DNA of 64,000 nucleotides from Planktothrix sp. GU0601_MAG3 (lineage in GTDB: Bacteria; Cyanobacteriota; Cyanobacteriia; Cyanobacteriales; Microcoleaceae). Positions 21,897-32,707 of this stretch are shown piece by piece. The notes below the pieces were generated by a model. That model saw nothing but the letters and a program-made list of their open reading frames with translations, was not told where the DNA came from and did no database searches. The first letter of the stretch is position 1; each line of letters opens with the position of its first letter. The stretch lies in the NCBI GenBank assembly GCA_035193785.1, contig CP136572.1, forward strand, positions 384,001 through 448,000. The letters run 5' to 3'. The position numbers and the translations under genes were made by a program.

Positions 21897-22199
21897 TTAA
21901 TAATATTGATATCGGGGATGAATGCGGGGGTTGAGTTTATCTTGGACGGGTTCGCCTTGTTTGAGGTGTTGTTCAACTATTAGGGGAACATCTTCGGGTT
22001 TAACCCGATAATACCAAATTTCATCGGGAATGACCCGCACCGTCGGGCCAGTATTACATTGACCCAGACAACTACTCGCCTCTATGGTGACTCCCTCAAT
22101 ATTACAATTTTGGAAAGCTTCGAGAACTTTACTAGACCCTTGAAGTTGACAAGACTGATGTTGACAAATTAACACAGAACGAGGGGATTGAGTTGACAT
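21897..22199 (-). CDS. Thioredoxin-like (2Fe-2S) ferredoxin
   Basis: CQHQSC, CLGQC..GP, IWY, IVEQHL. Confidence 0.88.
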   Translation of the reverse strand: MSTQSPRSVLICQHQSCQLQGSSKVLEAFQNCNIEGVTIEASSCLGQCNTGPTVRVIPDEIWYYRVKPEDVPLIVEQHLKQGEPVQDKLNPRIHPRYQYY

Positions 22200-22356
22200 A
22201 AAGGATTAATAATTGTAATGGAGCAATCTACAGATATTTGATGGAAATTTCAGGCTAACCATTAATTCTTTCCCTAATTTAACTTAAAAATAGGATAGTT
22301 TCCTGGGTGTGCGTTGCTGATATACCCGACAAAAAACTGCCCTAGCAGATGCTAAA

Positions 22357-22428
22357 GTAGGGGCGAATGGCCATTCGCCCCTACCGTCGATAGCATTCGC
22401 CCCTACCGTCGATAGCATTCGCCCCTAC
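22357..22428. repeat. REP palindrome plus two 22-bp tandem half-repeats
   Basis: Perfect 28-bp palindrome GTAGGGGCGAATGGCCATTCGCCCCTAC then (CGTCGATAGCATTCGCCCCTAC)x2. Confidence 0.85.
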
Positions 22429-22442
22429 CCCTGCTATAGCAC

Positions 22443-24873
22443 TTAAAGCGATGCTTCCATCTGAGCAATATCCAAAGTTGTCCTCAACACCGAATCAGGA
22501 TTTAAACTGATGGAATCTATCCCCAATTCCACTAAGAAACGAGCAAATTCAGGATAATCACTGGGTGCTTGACCACAAATTCCAATCTTCCGATTGTATT
22601 CTTTAACCGTAGTAATTGCCATTTCAATCATCCGTTTCACTGCTTCATTCCGTTCGTCAAAAATATGGGCAACTAAGGCAGAATCCCGATCTAATCCTAA
22701 CGTTAATTGGGTTAAATCATTCGATCCAATTGAGAATCCATCAAACACCTGACAAAACTCGTCAGCCATCAAAACATTACTGGGTAATTCACACATCACA
22801 TAGACTTGTAACCCATCTTGACCACGAACTAACCCATGTTTTGCCATTTCTGCTAAGACTTTTTTCCCTTCCTCCGGTGTCCGACAAAAAGGAATCATTG
22901 GGATCACATTTGCCAATCCCATTTCATTTCTGACCCGTTTTAATGCCTGACATTCTAAGGCAAAAGCCTCTTGATATTTCGGGTCATAATATCGGGAAGC
23001 TCCCCGCCAACCAATCATGGGATTTTCTTCCGTGGGTTCAAATTGCCGACCCCCCAATAAATTCGCGTATTCATTACTCTTAAAATCGCTCATCCGCACG
23101 ACAACAGGATTCGGATAAAACGCCGCCGCAATCATACTAATTCCCTGGGCGAGTTTATCGACAAAGAAATCCGGTTTATGATCATATTGTTCGGTTAATT
23201 TGGCGATTTGTTGTTTAACGGTTTGATCCTCTAATTGATCAAAATGAATTAACGCTAAGGGGTGAGTTTGGATATGATTGGCGATAATAAATTCTAACCG
23301 CGCTAACCCGACACCATCATTGGGAATGGCAGATAATTTAAACGCTTCTTCCGGGTTTCCCACATTCATCATAATTTTAGTCTGGGTTTTGGGAAGATGC
23401 TCTAAAACCGTTTCTTCCACCACAAAAGGAAACTAACCCTTGATAGACTTTTCCTTCTTCTCCTTCCGCACAGGAAACCGTAATTTGATCGCCAGTATTT
23501 AGGATTTCTGTGGCATTAATTGACCCTACAATTGCCGGGATTCCTAACTCCCGCGCAATAATCGCCGCGTGACAAGTTCTGCCCCCAGAGTTAGTAATAA
23601 TTGCACTAGCTTTTTTCATAATCGGTTCCCAGTCGGGGTCAGTGCGATGGGTAACTAATACATCCCCAGATTGAAACTGATCCATGTTTTTAACATTAGT
23701 CATAATACGGGCTTTCCCCTGTCCAATTTTGTCCCCAACTGCCCGACCCGTAACCAATACCCGACCTTTACCTTGCAATTTATAATTCTCTAATACCCGA
23801 CCTGTTTTTTGAGATTGTACGGTTTCCGGGCGAGCTTGAACAATAAATAGTTCTCCGGTTAAGCCATCCTTTGCCCACTCAATATCCATCGGCGAATAAC
23901 ATTGTCGCACCTGGGAATAGTGATCCTCAATCATCACTGTCCATTGGGCTAATTTAAGAATTTCATCTTCCGAGAGGGCGTATTTTTTCTGTTCAGAAAT
24001 CGGAACATTAACATTTTTGGTAGTTTGTCCCATTTCATAGACCATTTTAATCGCTTTTGTCCCTAAGCGTTTCTCTAAAATAGGTTTAAATCCTTCCCGC
24101 AAGGTGGGTTTAAAAACCAAATATTCATCGGGATTAACTGTCCCTTGAACAACGGTTTCTCCTAACCCGTAAGCCGCTGTAATTAAGGCAGCATTTTTAA
24201 ATCCAGTTTCCGTATCAATGGAGAACATTACCCCCGATGTGGCTAGGTCAGAACGTACCATTTTTTGAATGCCCACGGAGAGGGCAATATTCAGATGATC
24301 AAATCCTTTTAAAGCCCGATAGGAGATGGCGCGATCGGTAAAAATAGAGGCGAAACATTGACGGGTTGCATCTAATACAGCTTTACCACCTTTAATATTT
24401 AAGTAGGTTTCTTGTTGTCCGGCAAAACTGGCATCGGGTAAGTCTTCGGCGGTGGCGGAAGACCGCACAGCCACGTCGGTATTTTGACCGTAGCGATCGC
24501 CAAGTTTTTGATAGGCGGATAGGATTTCGGTTTCTAATTTTGGGGGAAATAATGTATTTAAAATTAGCGATCGCGCCCGTTGACCACAATCACGCAGATT
24601 TTTCAGATCTTCGACATCTAACTTGGCAAATAATTCTCGGAGTTGTTGTTCTAAATTAGCATAGGTGATAAAATACCAATAGGCGTAGGCTGTAATTGCA
24701 AATCCTTGAGGAATATTAATGCCTTTGGGTTGTAATTGTTGAATCATTTCCCCCAAGGAAGCATTTTTTCCTCCCACTAAACCAATATCTTTAATTCCCA
24801 CTTGATCAAACCAGAGAATTAAGGCTTGTTCTTTAGATTGGGATAGGGGTTTAAACGGTAAAGTTTTTAACAT
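22443..24873 (-). CDS. ppsA: Phosphoenolpyruvate synthase (apparent frameshift)
   Basis: VGGKNASLGEM, AVRSSATAED, GGRTCHAAI, FSIGSNDLTQL; frames join at GAAAC 23429-23433. Confidence 0.95.
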
Positions 24874-25246
24874 GGTTTAAATCTCTCCAAACACAACTGA
24901 CTATCTAATGCTTAGATAGGGTTTGTATACTTTTGTTGCAAAATAAGTATGTTGAGGGAAAAGGTTGTTTTTTCTGTCTTTCCACAGAGTTAACGTTTCC
25001 TCCAAAATATGAAAATCCTTGATCCCCAATATTTAAACGTCGAGTTTTATTTTGTTATAGTTGGAGAGCAGGGGGTGACTGACTCAATTCCTGGCGTTTA
25101 ATTGTTCCTACTTTTATCTTATTTCGTCTGTGGGAAATCGACATCCCCCTTGGTAAAATAGTCTTAGTTACTTAAAGGAAAGAATGGCGACCCATAGGCT
25201 TCTGAGAGATATTTTAAGAAACATTAAGTTTTTTTAGGAGGCGCGA

Positions 25247-25640
25247 ATGAAAGTTAAGGAATGTTACAAAACCACGGAGATCTGGGAAAGCAACCAATGT
25301 CTGGACGCCATTTGTCCCATTGAGTTCATCCTGGAGTTAATCGGAAACTAAATGGTCAATCTCCATCCTGCGGGAGTTATTTCGGGGACATCAACGCACC
25401 CATGAATTATTAGAAGCGTTACCCGGAATTAGCACTAAAACCCTGACCATCCGGTTGCGGGAATTAGAAAAACATGGGTTAATTCTCCGCACGGTTTATG
25501 CTGAAATTCCTCCACGGGTGGAATATTGTCTAACCGATAAGGGAAGGGAACTACAACCAATTTTAGTCGCCTTAAAACAGGTGGGAGAACGATGGTTAAA
25601 GGATAGTCACTGTGTTTGTCCCTTAGAACTCGGTGTCTAG
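25247..25640 (+). CDS. HxlR family winged-helix regulator (apparent frameshift)
   Basis: CPIEFILELIG-TKWS, PGISTKTLT, PPRVEY.LT.KG; AGGAGG RBS. Confidence 0.85.
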
Positions 25641-25722
25641 GGAATTACGAATTACGAATTACGAATTACGAAAGCAAACTGTTCCGGTGTTCCCTCCCAT
25701 ATTACTTATCAACGTAAAATTC

Positions 25723-25738
25723 TGTAACAATTATTACA
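25723..25738. promoter_or_regulatory. NtcA-binding site upstream of gdhA
   Basis: TGTA-ACAATTAT-TACA fits the extended TGTA-N8-TACA consensus. Confidence 0.65.
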
Positions 25739-25823
25739 AATTTAACCTTTTCTTCGGGATCACAGGTTAGGCTAAAGATAGGAAAACAAATTCAACTATC
25801 TGATCTCAATAGGAGGTCTGCAA

Positions 25824-27114
25824 ATGGTATCCTCTCCCGTCAGAATTAATCCCGCACCGACTCCAGCCTATATTTGTCCCTACGATCGCACCTGTAGCTA
25901 TTTGGGACAAGCCGCGGTTGAATTGGATCTCGATGACAATGTGCTGGTGGTGTTACAACAACCCCGCAAAGTGATCACCGTCTCAATTCCCGTCAAACTG
26001 GATAATGGCAAAGTTGAGGTGTTAGCCGGACATCGTGTGCAGCATTGCGATGTACTTGGCCCCTATAAAGGCGGTTTGCGCTATCATCCTTCGGTGAACC
26101 TAGGGGAAACTCTCCGCCCTAGCGATGTTAATGACCTGGAAATGCGCTTTATTGGGAATTCCCTACGGGGGTGCTAAGGGTGGCATTGGCTTTGACCCCC
26201 ATCAATATAGTGTTAATGAATTAGAACGGATCACCCGTCGCTACGCGAGTGAACTGGTCAAAGATATTGGGCCAGAAACCGACATTCCTGCGCCCGATGT
26301 GGGAACTTCTGCTCGAGAAATGGCTTGGATTATGGATACCTATTCGATGAATATGGGAAGGGCGGTGCTGGGGGTGGTGACTGGAAAACCTCTATCTATT
26401 GGGGGGTCGAAAGGACGGGAAATGGCAACCGGACGGGGTGTAATGATTACCGTGCGTGAAGCCTTGGCCGAACAGGGCAAATCCCTCGAAGGTACAGCCA
26501 TTGTGATTCAGGGTTTCGGAAAAGTCGGGGCGGCGGCGGCGCAATTGTTTTATGAAGCCGGGGCGATGGTTTTAGCGGTTTCTAATGTCCATGGTGGGAT
26601 TTATTCCGAAAATGGCTTAGATATTCCCGCCCTGCAAGCCTACGCAACTCGAAACAATCATGATATTACGGGATTTCCCGATAGTGAACCGATTAGCAAT
26701 ACCGAATTATTAACATTAGCTTGTGATGTGTTAATTCCAGCGGCTATGGAAGATCAAATTACCGAAGAAAATGCCGATCAAATCAAGGCGAAAATGATCG
26801 CCGAAGCTGCTAATGCCCCGATTACATTATTAGCAGATCAAATGTTAGAAGCCCGGGGAGTTATGGTTTTACCCGATATTCTCGCCAATGCGGGCGGCGT
26901 GGTCGTCAGTTATTGGGAATGGGTACAAGGTCAATCCTTTGTCTTCTGGGACGAAGAACGGGTGAATCAGGAGATGGAATACCTGATGGTACAGGCCTAT
27001 GCTCGGGTGAGTGGACTAGCCAAACAACAGGGGGTTTCCATGCGATTAGCTGCCTATACTTTAGGCGTCGGTCGAGTGGCTCAAGCCTTAAAAGATCGGG
27101 GTTTGTATCCGTAA
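25824..27114 (+). CDS. gdhA: Glu/Leu/Phe/Val dehydrogenase (glutamate dehydrogenase; apparent frameshift)
   Basis: GPYKGGLRYHP, MTWKCA, GGAKGG, PAPDVGT, GFGKVG, PDILANAGGV. Confidence 0.92.
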
Positions 27115-27257
27115 ATTGGAACAGAAAAGAAAAAGAGGAAGTTGGTGAGAGATCCCTAACTTTCTCTGATCCATGAAATGAGAAATCCGAAATTTTACCG
27201 CCCACCTACTGAATGGGGATTAAAATAAACCATGAATGTTAATAATCAATAGCAATC

Positions 27258-27893
27258 ATGGCTTTAAAGTTTATCTCCATCCCCCCTGACACTGGCAAAC
27301 CCCCCCAAGGGTTAATTGTGCTGATGCACGGTTGGGGCGCAAATGCTCAGGATCTCACATCCCTAGCCCCGATGTTGCGTTTGGGCGACTATCAATTTAT
27401 CTTTCCCCAAGCCCCTTTTCCCCATCCTCAAGCCCCGATGGGATGGGCATGGTACGCCTTAGAAACCCCCGAATATGAAGGATTAGCCGAAACCCAACAG
27501 CAGGTCAAGGAATGGCTAGAATCCTTAGAAGCGAGTACCGGAGTTCCCCTGTCCCGAACTATTTTAGGGGGATTTTCCCAAGGGGGGGCGATGGCGTTGG
27601 ATATGGGACGTTATTTTCCCTTAGCGGGTTTAATTATTTTAAGTGGTTATTTGCATTTTTCCCCCGAACCTTTAGACCATGATTTACCCCCGGTATTAAT
27701 TGTTCATGGAAAACAAGATCCAATTGTGCCGATAGAAGCCGCCCAGCAAGCCAGGAATGCCTTTGAACAGTTAGGGGCAAAAGTTCAGTACCAAGAATTT
27801 AATATGGGTCATGAAATTCGACCCGAGGTTTTAGGCTTAATAAGAAGTTTTGTTATCGAAAAATTGGGTCTAAAACCCCTAACTTCTAGTTAG
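27258..27893 (+). CDS. Phospholipase/carboxylesterase
   Basis: HGWGAN, GFSQGG, HGKQD, GHEI; last codons come from the inserted element. Confidence 0.9.
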   Translation: MALKFISIPPDTGKPPQGLIVLMHGWGANAQDLTSLAPMLRLGDYQFIFPQAPFPHPQAPMGWAWYALETPEYEGLAETQQQVKEWLESLEASTGVPLSRTILGGFSQGGAMALDMGRYFPLAGLIILSGYLHFSPEPLDHDLPPVLIVHGKQDPIVPIEAAQQARNAFEQLGAKVQYQEFNMGHEIRPEVLGLIRSFVIEKLGLKPLTSS

Positions 27894-28145
27894 GCTTCAT
27901 AAGGATGTAGCGATATTGTATAATTAAGGAGTTGGGAGCGATAACCAAGTTTTCAGCAAAAAAACCATTTTTGAATACCGCCGGGCTGGCGGGAAGGCTT
28001 AAGCCTCAAGTCTGTGGAGCGAACATAAGACCAAAAAACTCCTTGGGAGCAGAGGCGGTTGCGAAAATCCAGCAATGGGAAGAAGCAGAAACCTAAGTCG
28101 TGAGTCTTAGGAATCCCCGTCCGTTCACGTCGGGGTGGATGTCAA
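27857..28145 (+). mobile_element. Second non-autonomous IS200/IS605-family derivative
   Basis: TTAT|CGAAAAATTGGGTCTAAAACCCC left end; ATACCGCCGGGCTGGCGGGAA...GTCTGTGGAG tnpB-3'-like segment; right end AGGAATCCCCG...CGGGGTGGATGTCAA. Confidence 0.78.
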
Positions 28146-28181
28146 GCTCAAAGCAAATGCAATTCACGGGAGGTTTAACTC

Positions 28182-28394
28182 ATGGCAACCTTGACTCAAT
28201 CCTCACCGAATATTCCCACTCTAACGGCCGAGGATGTGGCGGAACTGGCTGCTCGTCTGGAAGGGGATGATTATGATAATGCCTTTGAAGGACTCAATGA
28301 TTGGCATTTGTTACGAGCGATCGCATTTCAACGTCCCGAGCTAGTGGAACCCTATGTTCACTTGCTCGACCTTGAAGCCTATGATGAAGCCTAA
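28182..28394 (+). CDS. DUF2555 (IsiD-like) small protein
   Basis: VAELAARLE.DDY, DWHLLRAIAFQRPEL; usual position upstream of coaBC. Confidence 0.82.
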   Translation: MATLTQSSPNIPTLTAEDVAELAARLEGDDYDNAFEGLNDWHLLRAIAFQRPELVEPYVHLLDLEAYDEA

Positions 28395-28437
28395 CCCTTT
28401 GATCTTCTTTAGGTTACAACTCGATTAACAAATAGAA

Positions 28438-29701
28438 ATGATTTTGCCTTCCACCTTAAACAAGCATATTTTAATTGGCATTAGTGGGGGCATTGCGGCT
28501 TATAAAGTCTGTGAAATTGTTTCAACTTTAGCGAAAGCTGGGGCTGATGTGCGGGTGATTTTGACCGACTCAGCCCAAGAATTTATTACTCCTTTAACCT
28601 TTGCGACTCTCTCCCGTCATCGGGCCTATACGGATCAAGAATTCTGGCAACCAACCCACGGCCGTCCCTTACATATTCAGCTAGGGGAATGGGCGGATGT
28701 TTTTTTGATTGCACCCCTAACAGCCAATACCTTAGCGAAATTAGCTACGGGATTTTCAGATAATTTACTCACCAATACGGTTTTAGCCTCCAGTTGTCCG
28801 GTGTTACTCGCTCCAGCTATGAATCGGGAAATGTGGAAACAGATTGCAGTACAACGCAATTGGCAACTTCTGTTAACTGATCCTCGGTTCCACGGGATTA
28901 CCCCTACCGCCGGAATTCTCGCCTGTGATCTTCCCACTACAAACCCAGGCAATTCCTCTAAGGAAGGAGCAGGAAGAATGGCCGAACCCAAACCCATATT
29001 AGCCCATCTGGATTCACTATTGCAAACCCAAGGCAAACGGGATTTAATCGGAAAACGGATATTAATAAGTGCGGGCGGAAACTCGGGAACATCTTGATCC
29101 AGTAAGGTTTATTGGCAACCCGTCAACGGGTAAAATGGGAGTGGCTTTAGTACAAGCGGCGATTCATCGAGGAGCCTCAGTCACCTTAGTACATGGCCCG
29201 ATGAATACGGAATTAGTGGCGAATTTGCCCGAAGTGGAGTTAGTCTCCGTCACCAGTGGGGAGGAAATGTATCAGGAGATGCTGACAGGATTTCCCCAAG
29301 CGGATATAACGGTAATGGCGGCGGCTGTGGGTGATGTGAAGCCGGCGATTTATAGTCAGGATAAATTGCCCAAGGCTCTTTTACCCACGGAACTGCCATT
29401 AGAGCATATTGTTGATGTTGTAGCACAATTGGGAAAAATGAAGCAACCCCACCAAAAATTAGTCGGGTTTGCAGCACAAACAGGGGACATTTTTAGCCCG
29501 GCGGAAGATAAATTACAGCGAAAAAATTTAGATGTTATTGTTGCTAATCCCATAGATTTACCTAATGCTGGATTTGGCAGTGAAACCAATCAAGGGATAT
29601 TATTAAGTCGTCAGGGGCAGAAGTTAGAAATTGGGGCTTGCAGCAAGTTACAATTAGCCCATCAGTTATTTGATTTTATAGCGGACAACTGCTATAACTG
29701 A
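28438..29701 (+). CDS. coaBC: Bifunctional phosphopantothenoylcysteine decarboxylase/synthase (apparent frameshift)
   Basis: [39 protein letters not shown]. Confidence 0.95.
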
Positions 29702-29800
29702 TAACTAATAACTAATAACTAATAACTGATAACTGATAACTAATAACTAATAACTAATAACTGATGACTAACAACTGATGACTAACAACTGATAACTGAT
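29692..29800. repeat. Heptamer STRR array (TAACTAA/TAACTGA)
   Basis: About 15 tandem 7-mers; related arrays at 25642-25672, 32283-32330, 49868-49978 and 62846-62955. Confidence 0.9.
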
Positions 29801-32117
29801 ATGTCAAGATCCCACAATTCTCAGTTTTTAACAGAAAATAGAGTTTTCCGTGCCGACGATCAAAGCAGTCTTATTAAACAAACAGAAGCAGAATTACAAC
29901 AACAAAAGCTAGATTTTCAGGTGGTTAACCGAGCGCTGGCGGTATTAAGTGCCTGTACTCAAGCTGTGATTCGCGCTGCCGATGAAATGAGACTCCTGCA
30001 AACCCTTTGCGAGTTAATTACCCAAGAAGCAGCCTATCGCATGGCTTGGGTGGCCTACGTTTGCCATGATCAGGCTAAAAGCGTCAAAGCGATGGCTTGG
30101 GCGGGTTATGAAGCCGATTACTTAAAAACCCTGAATATTACCTGGGCGGATAGCGATAGGGGTAGGGGCCCCACGGGACAGGTGATTCGCTCTGGACATC
30201 CGGTAGCCTGCCAAAATATGCTCCATGACCCCAATTTTGCCCCCTGGCGCGAAGCCGCACAACAGCGCGGCTATCAATCCTCCTTAGTGCTTCCTATGCT
30301 TAATAATGGCGAAGTATTTGGGACTTTGAATATTTACTCCGCCGAAGCCTATGCTTTTAATCCCAGAGAGGTCGAACTATTAACACAACTCGCAGATAGT
30401 CTGAGTTTTGGAATTATAGCATTACGCGCCGAACAAGCCCTGCGAGAAAGCGAACAACGCTATCGTTTATTAGCGGAAAATATTAGTGATTTAGTCTGTA
30501 TTCAAGATCGGGATCGTCGTTATCTCTACCTGAGTCCTTCCTGCGAATCTTTACTAGGTTATGGTTATGAAGAATTAATTGGAGAAGACCCCTATATTCT
30601 ATTCCATCCCGATGACCGCGATCGCATTGCTGAAGAATTTCGCGCTGCAATTTTAGGTAAAAACAATACTTCTATAACCTATCGGATTAGTCAGAAATCA
30701 GGAAGCTATATTTGGCTAGAAACCTTAACAAAACCAATTTTAAATGAGGCGGGTCAGGTCGTTAAAATCCAAACAACTTCTAGGGATATCACAGAACGAA
30801 TTTTAGTCCAAGAACGTTTTAAATATGAAGCCCTACACGATGCCCTAACGGGCTTACCTAATCGGAATCTCTTGATGGAAAGGCTCAAATTAGGGATGAA
30901 ACCGGATTCACAATTTTGAAGGCTATCACTTTGCCCTTTTATTTCTCGATCTCGACCGATTCAAAGTGATTAATGATAGTCTAGGACATTTAGTAGGAGA
31001 TCAGTTATTGATCGCCACAGCCCATAGGCTTCAATCAATTTTGCGCTCCACGGATCTTATCACTAGAATCGGTGGTGATGAGTTTGTAATATTATTAGAT
31101 GAAATTAAAGATATTCAAGAAGCAATTAGAGCAACTGAGAATATTTTTAAAGCATTAGCTTGCCCATTAATCATCGAAGAAAGAGAAATTCATGTCAGTA
31201 CAAGTATTGGGATTGTGTTTGGGACAAAAGACTATATTCGAGCCTCGGATATGCTACGCGATGCGGATATTGCTATGTATTGTGCCAAACATAAAGGCAA
31301 ATCAAGATATGAAATTTTTGACCGAGAAATGCACGCGATCGCTATTAATCGACTCCAGTTAGAAAATGATCTTAGGAGAGCGATTGAACAACAACAATTT
31401 TTAGTTTATTATCAACCTATTATTGATATTTATAATAATCGCTTAATTGGATTTGAGGCATTAGTACGCTGGCAACATCCGACTCGCGGGTTTATTTCTC
31501 CCGCAGAATTTATTCCTTTAGCCGAAGAAACTAACTTAATTTTAGCGATTGATAGTTGGATGTTATCCACCGCTTGTCAACAACTCGCAACCTGGAATAA
31601 AAAATTTCCCAGTCGCCAACCCCTGAAGATTAGTATTAACCTTTCGGCTCAGGATCTTCGCAAAGTTAATTTAATCGAAGAAATTGATCTTGTTTTAACT
31701 AAAACTGGTTTACACGGTCAGGTGCTAACTTTAGAAATTACAGAAAGTATGCTAATTGAAGATATTAATAAAACTATTGATTTATTGACGGAAATTAAGT
31801 CTCGAAATATTGAAATTAGTATTGATGATTTTGGTACGGGATATTCCTCTCTTAATTATCTTCATCGTTTCCCTGTAGATTATTTAAAAATTGATTATTC
31901 TTTTGTCAGTCAGATGCAGGAGGAAAACCGTGATTATCAAGTTGTGAGTACGATTATTGATTTGGGTCATCATCTGGGTTTAACCATTGTTGCTGAAGGC
32001 ATTGAAACAGCCAAACAAATGCAATGGTTACGGGAAATGGGTTGCGAATTTGGTCAGGGTTATTTATTTGCTAAACCTTTATCTGCTCAAGACATTGAAA
32101 TCAGATTTTTGGCTTAA
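29801..32117 (+). CDS. GAF-PAS-GGDEF-EAL c-di-GMP enzyme (apparent frameshift)
   Basis: GAF, PAS (HPDD), DALTGLPNR, RIGGDEF, GFEALVRW, IDDFGTGYSSL. Confidence 0.92.
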
Positions 32118-32331
32118 ACAGAAACTTACGCATCACCGCTATCAATAGTAGGGGTAATCCATGAATTACCCCCACATCTGGGGTTAGATGGGAGAGATTA
32201 ACACAACTCTGGAATAACAGACCAAGGGGGGCAAAACCTTTTTCTCCGGTGTTGCCCGTTCCCAGCTATAACAGTTTACTCATTCGTAATTCGTAATTCG
32301 TAATTCGTAATTCGTAATTCGTAATTACCCA

Positions 32332-32640
32332 TTACTTCCGTTTTTGCGGTTTAGTTTGAACACTAATAGGGCCATTAACAATAGTTTGACAAGCCAATCT
32401 ATAGCTATCGGGTTTTTTCTTAAGAATACGCGCTTCAACTTCCGTGCGGGGAGGAAGATTATCGATACCTTCGACAATTTCCACAATACAAGTCCCACAT
32501 TGACCATAACCGCCACAGTTCATCATTTTGCCTGTGAAAGTATATAAGTCAATCTGGTTTTCTAGGGCTTTCATTCTGAGATTTGCCCCATCCGCGGCAA
32601 TAATTTCCTTGTTTTCAGTCACGAATCTGATATTACCCAT
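32332..32640 (-). CDS. 2Fe-2S ferredoxin-like protein
   Basis: [11 protein letters not shown]...RLACQ. Confidence 0.9.
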   Translation of the reverse strand: MGNIRFVTENKEIIAADGANLRMKALENQIDLYTFTGKMMNCGGYGQCGTCIVEIVEGIDNLPPRTEVEARILKKKPDSYRLACQTIVNGPISVQTKPQKRK

Positions 32641-32707
32641 TTTGATGTCCTAGCTGCATTAACATAGCGTCTCTTTCAAATTATTACAAAAAGTTAACAT
32701 TTCAAAG

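Noticed and set aside
21838..21910. ATTGCAAC-containing 35-bp repeat as a mini CRISPR array
   Set aside because: Two adjacent copies with no spacer or leader, overlapping a gene end.
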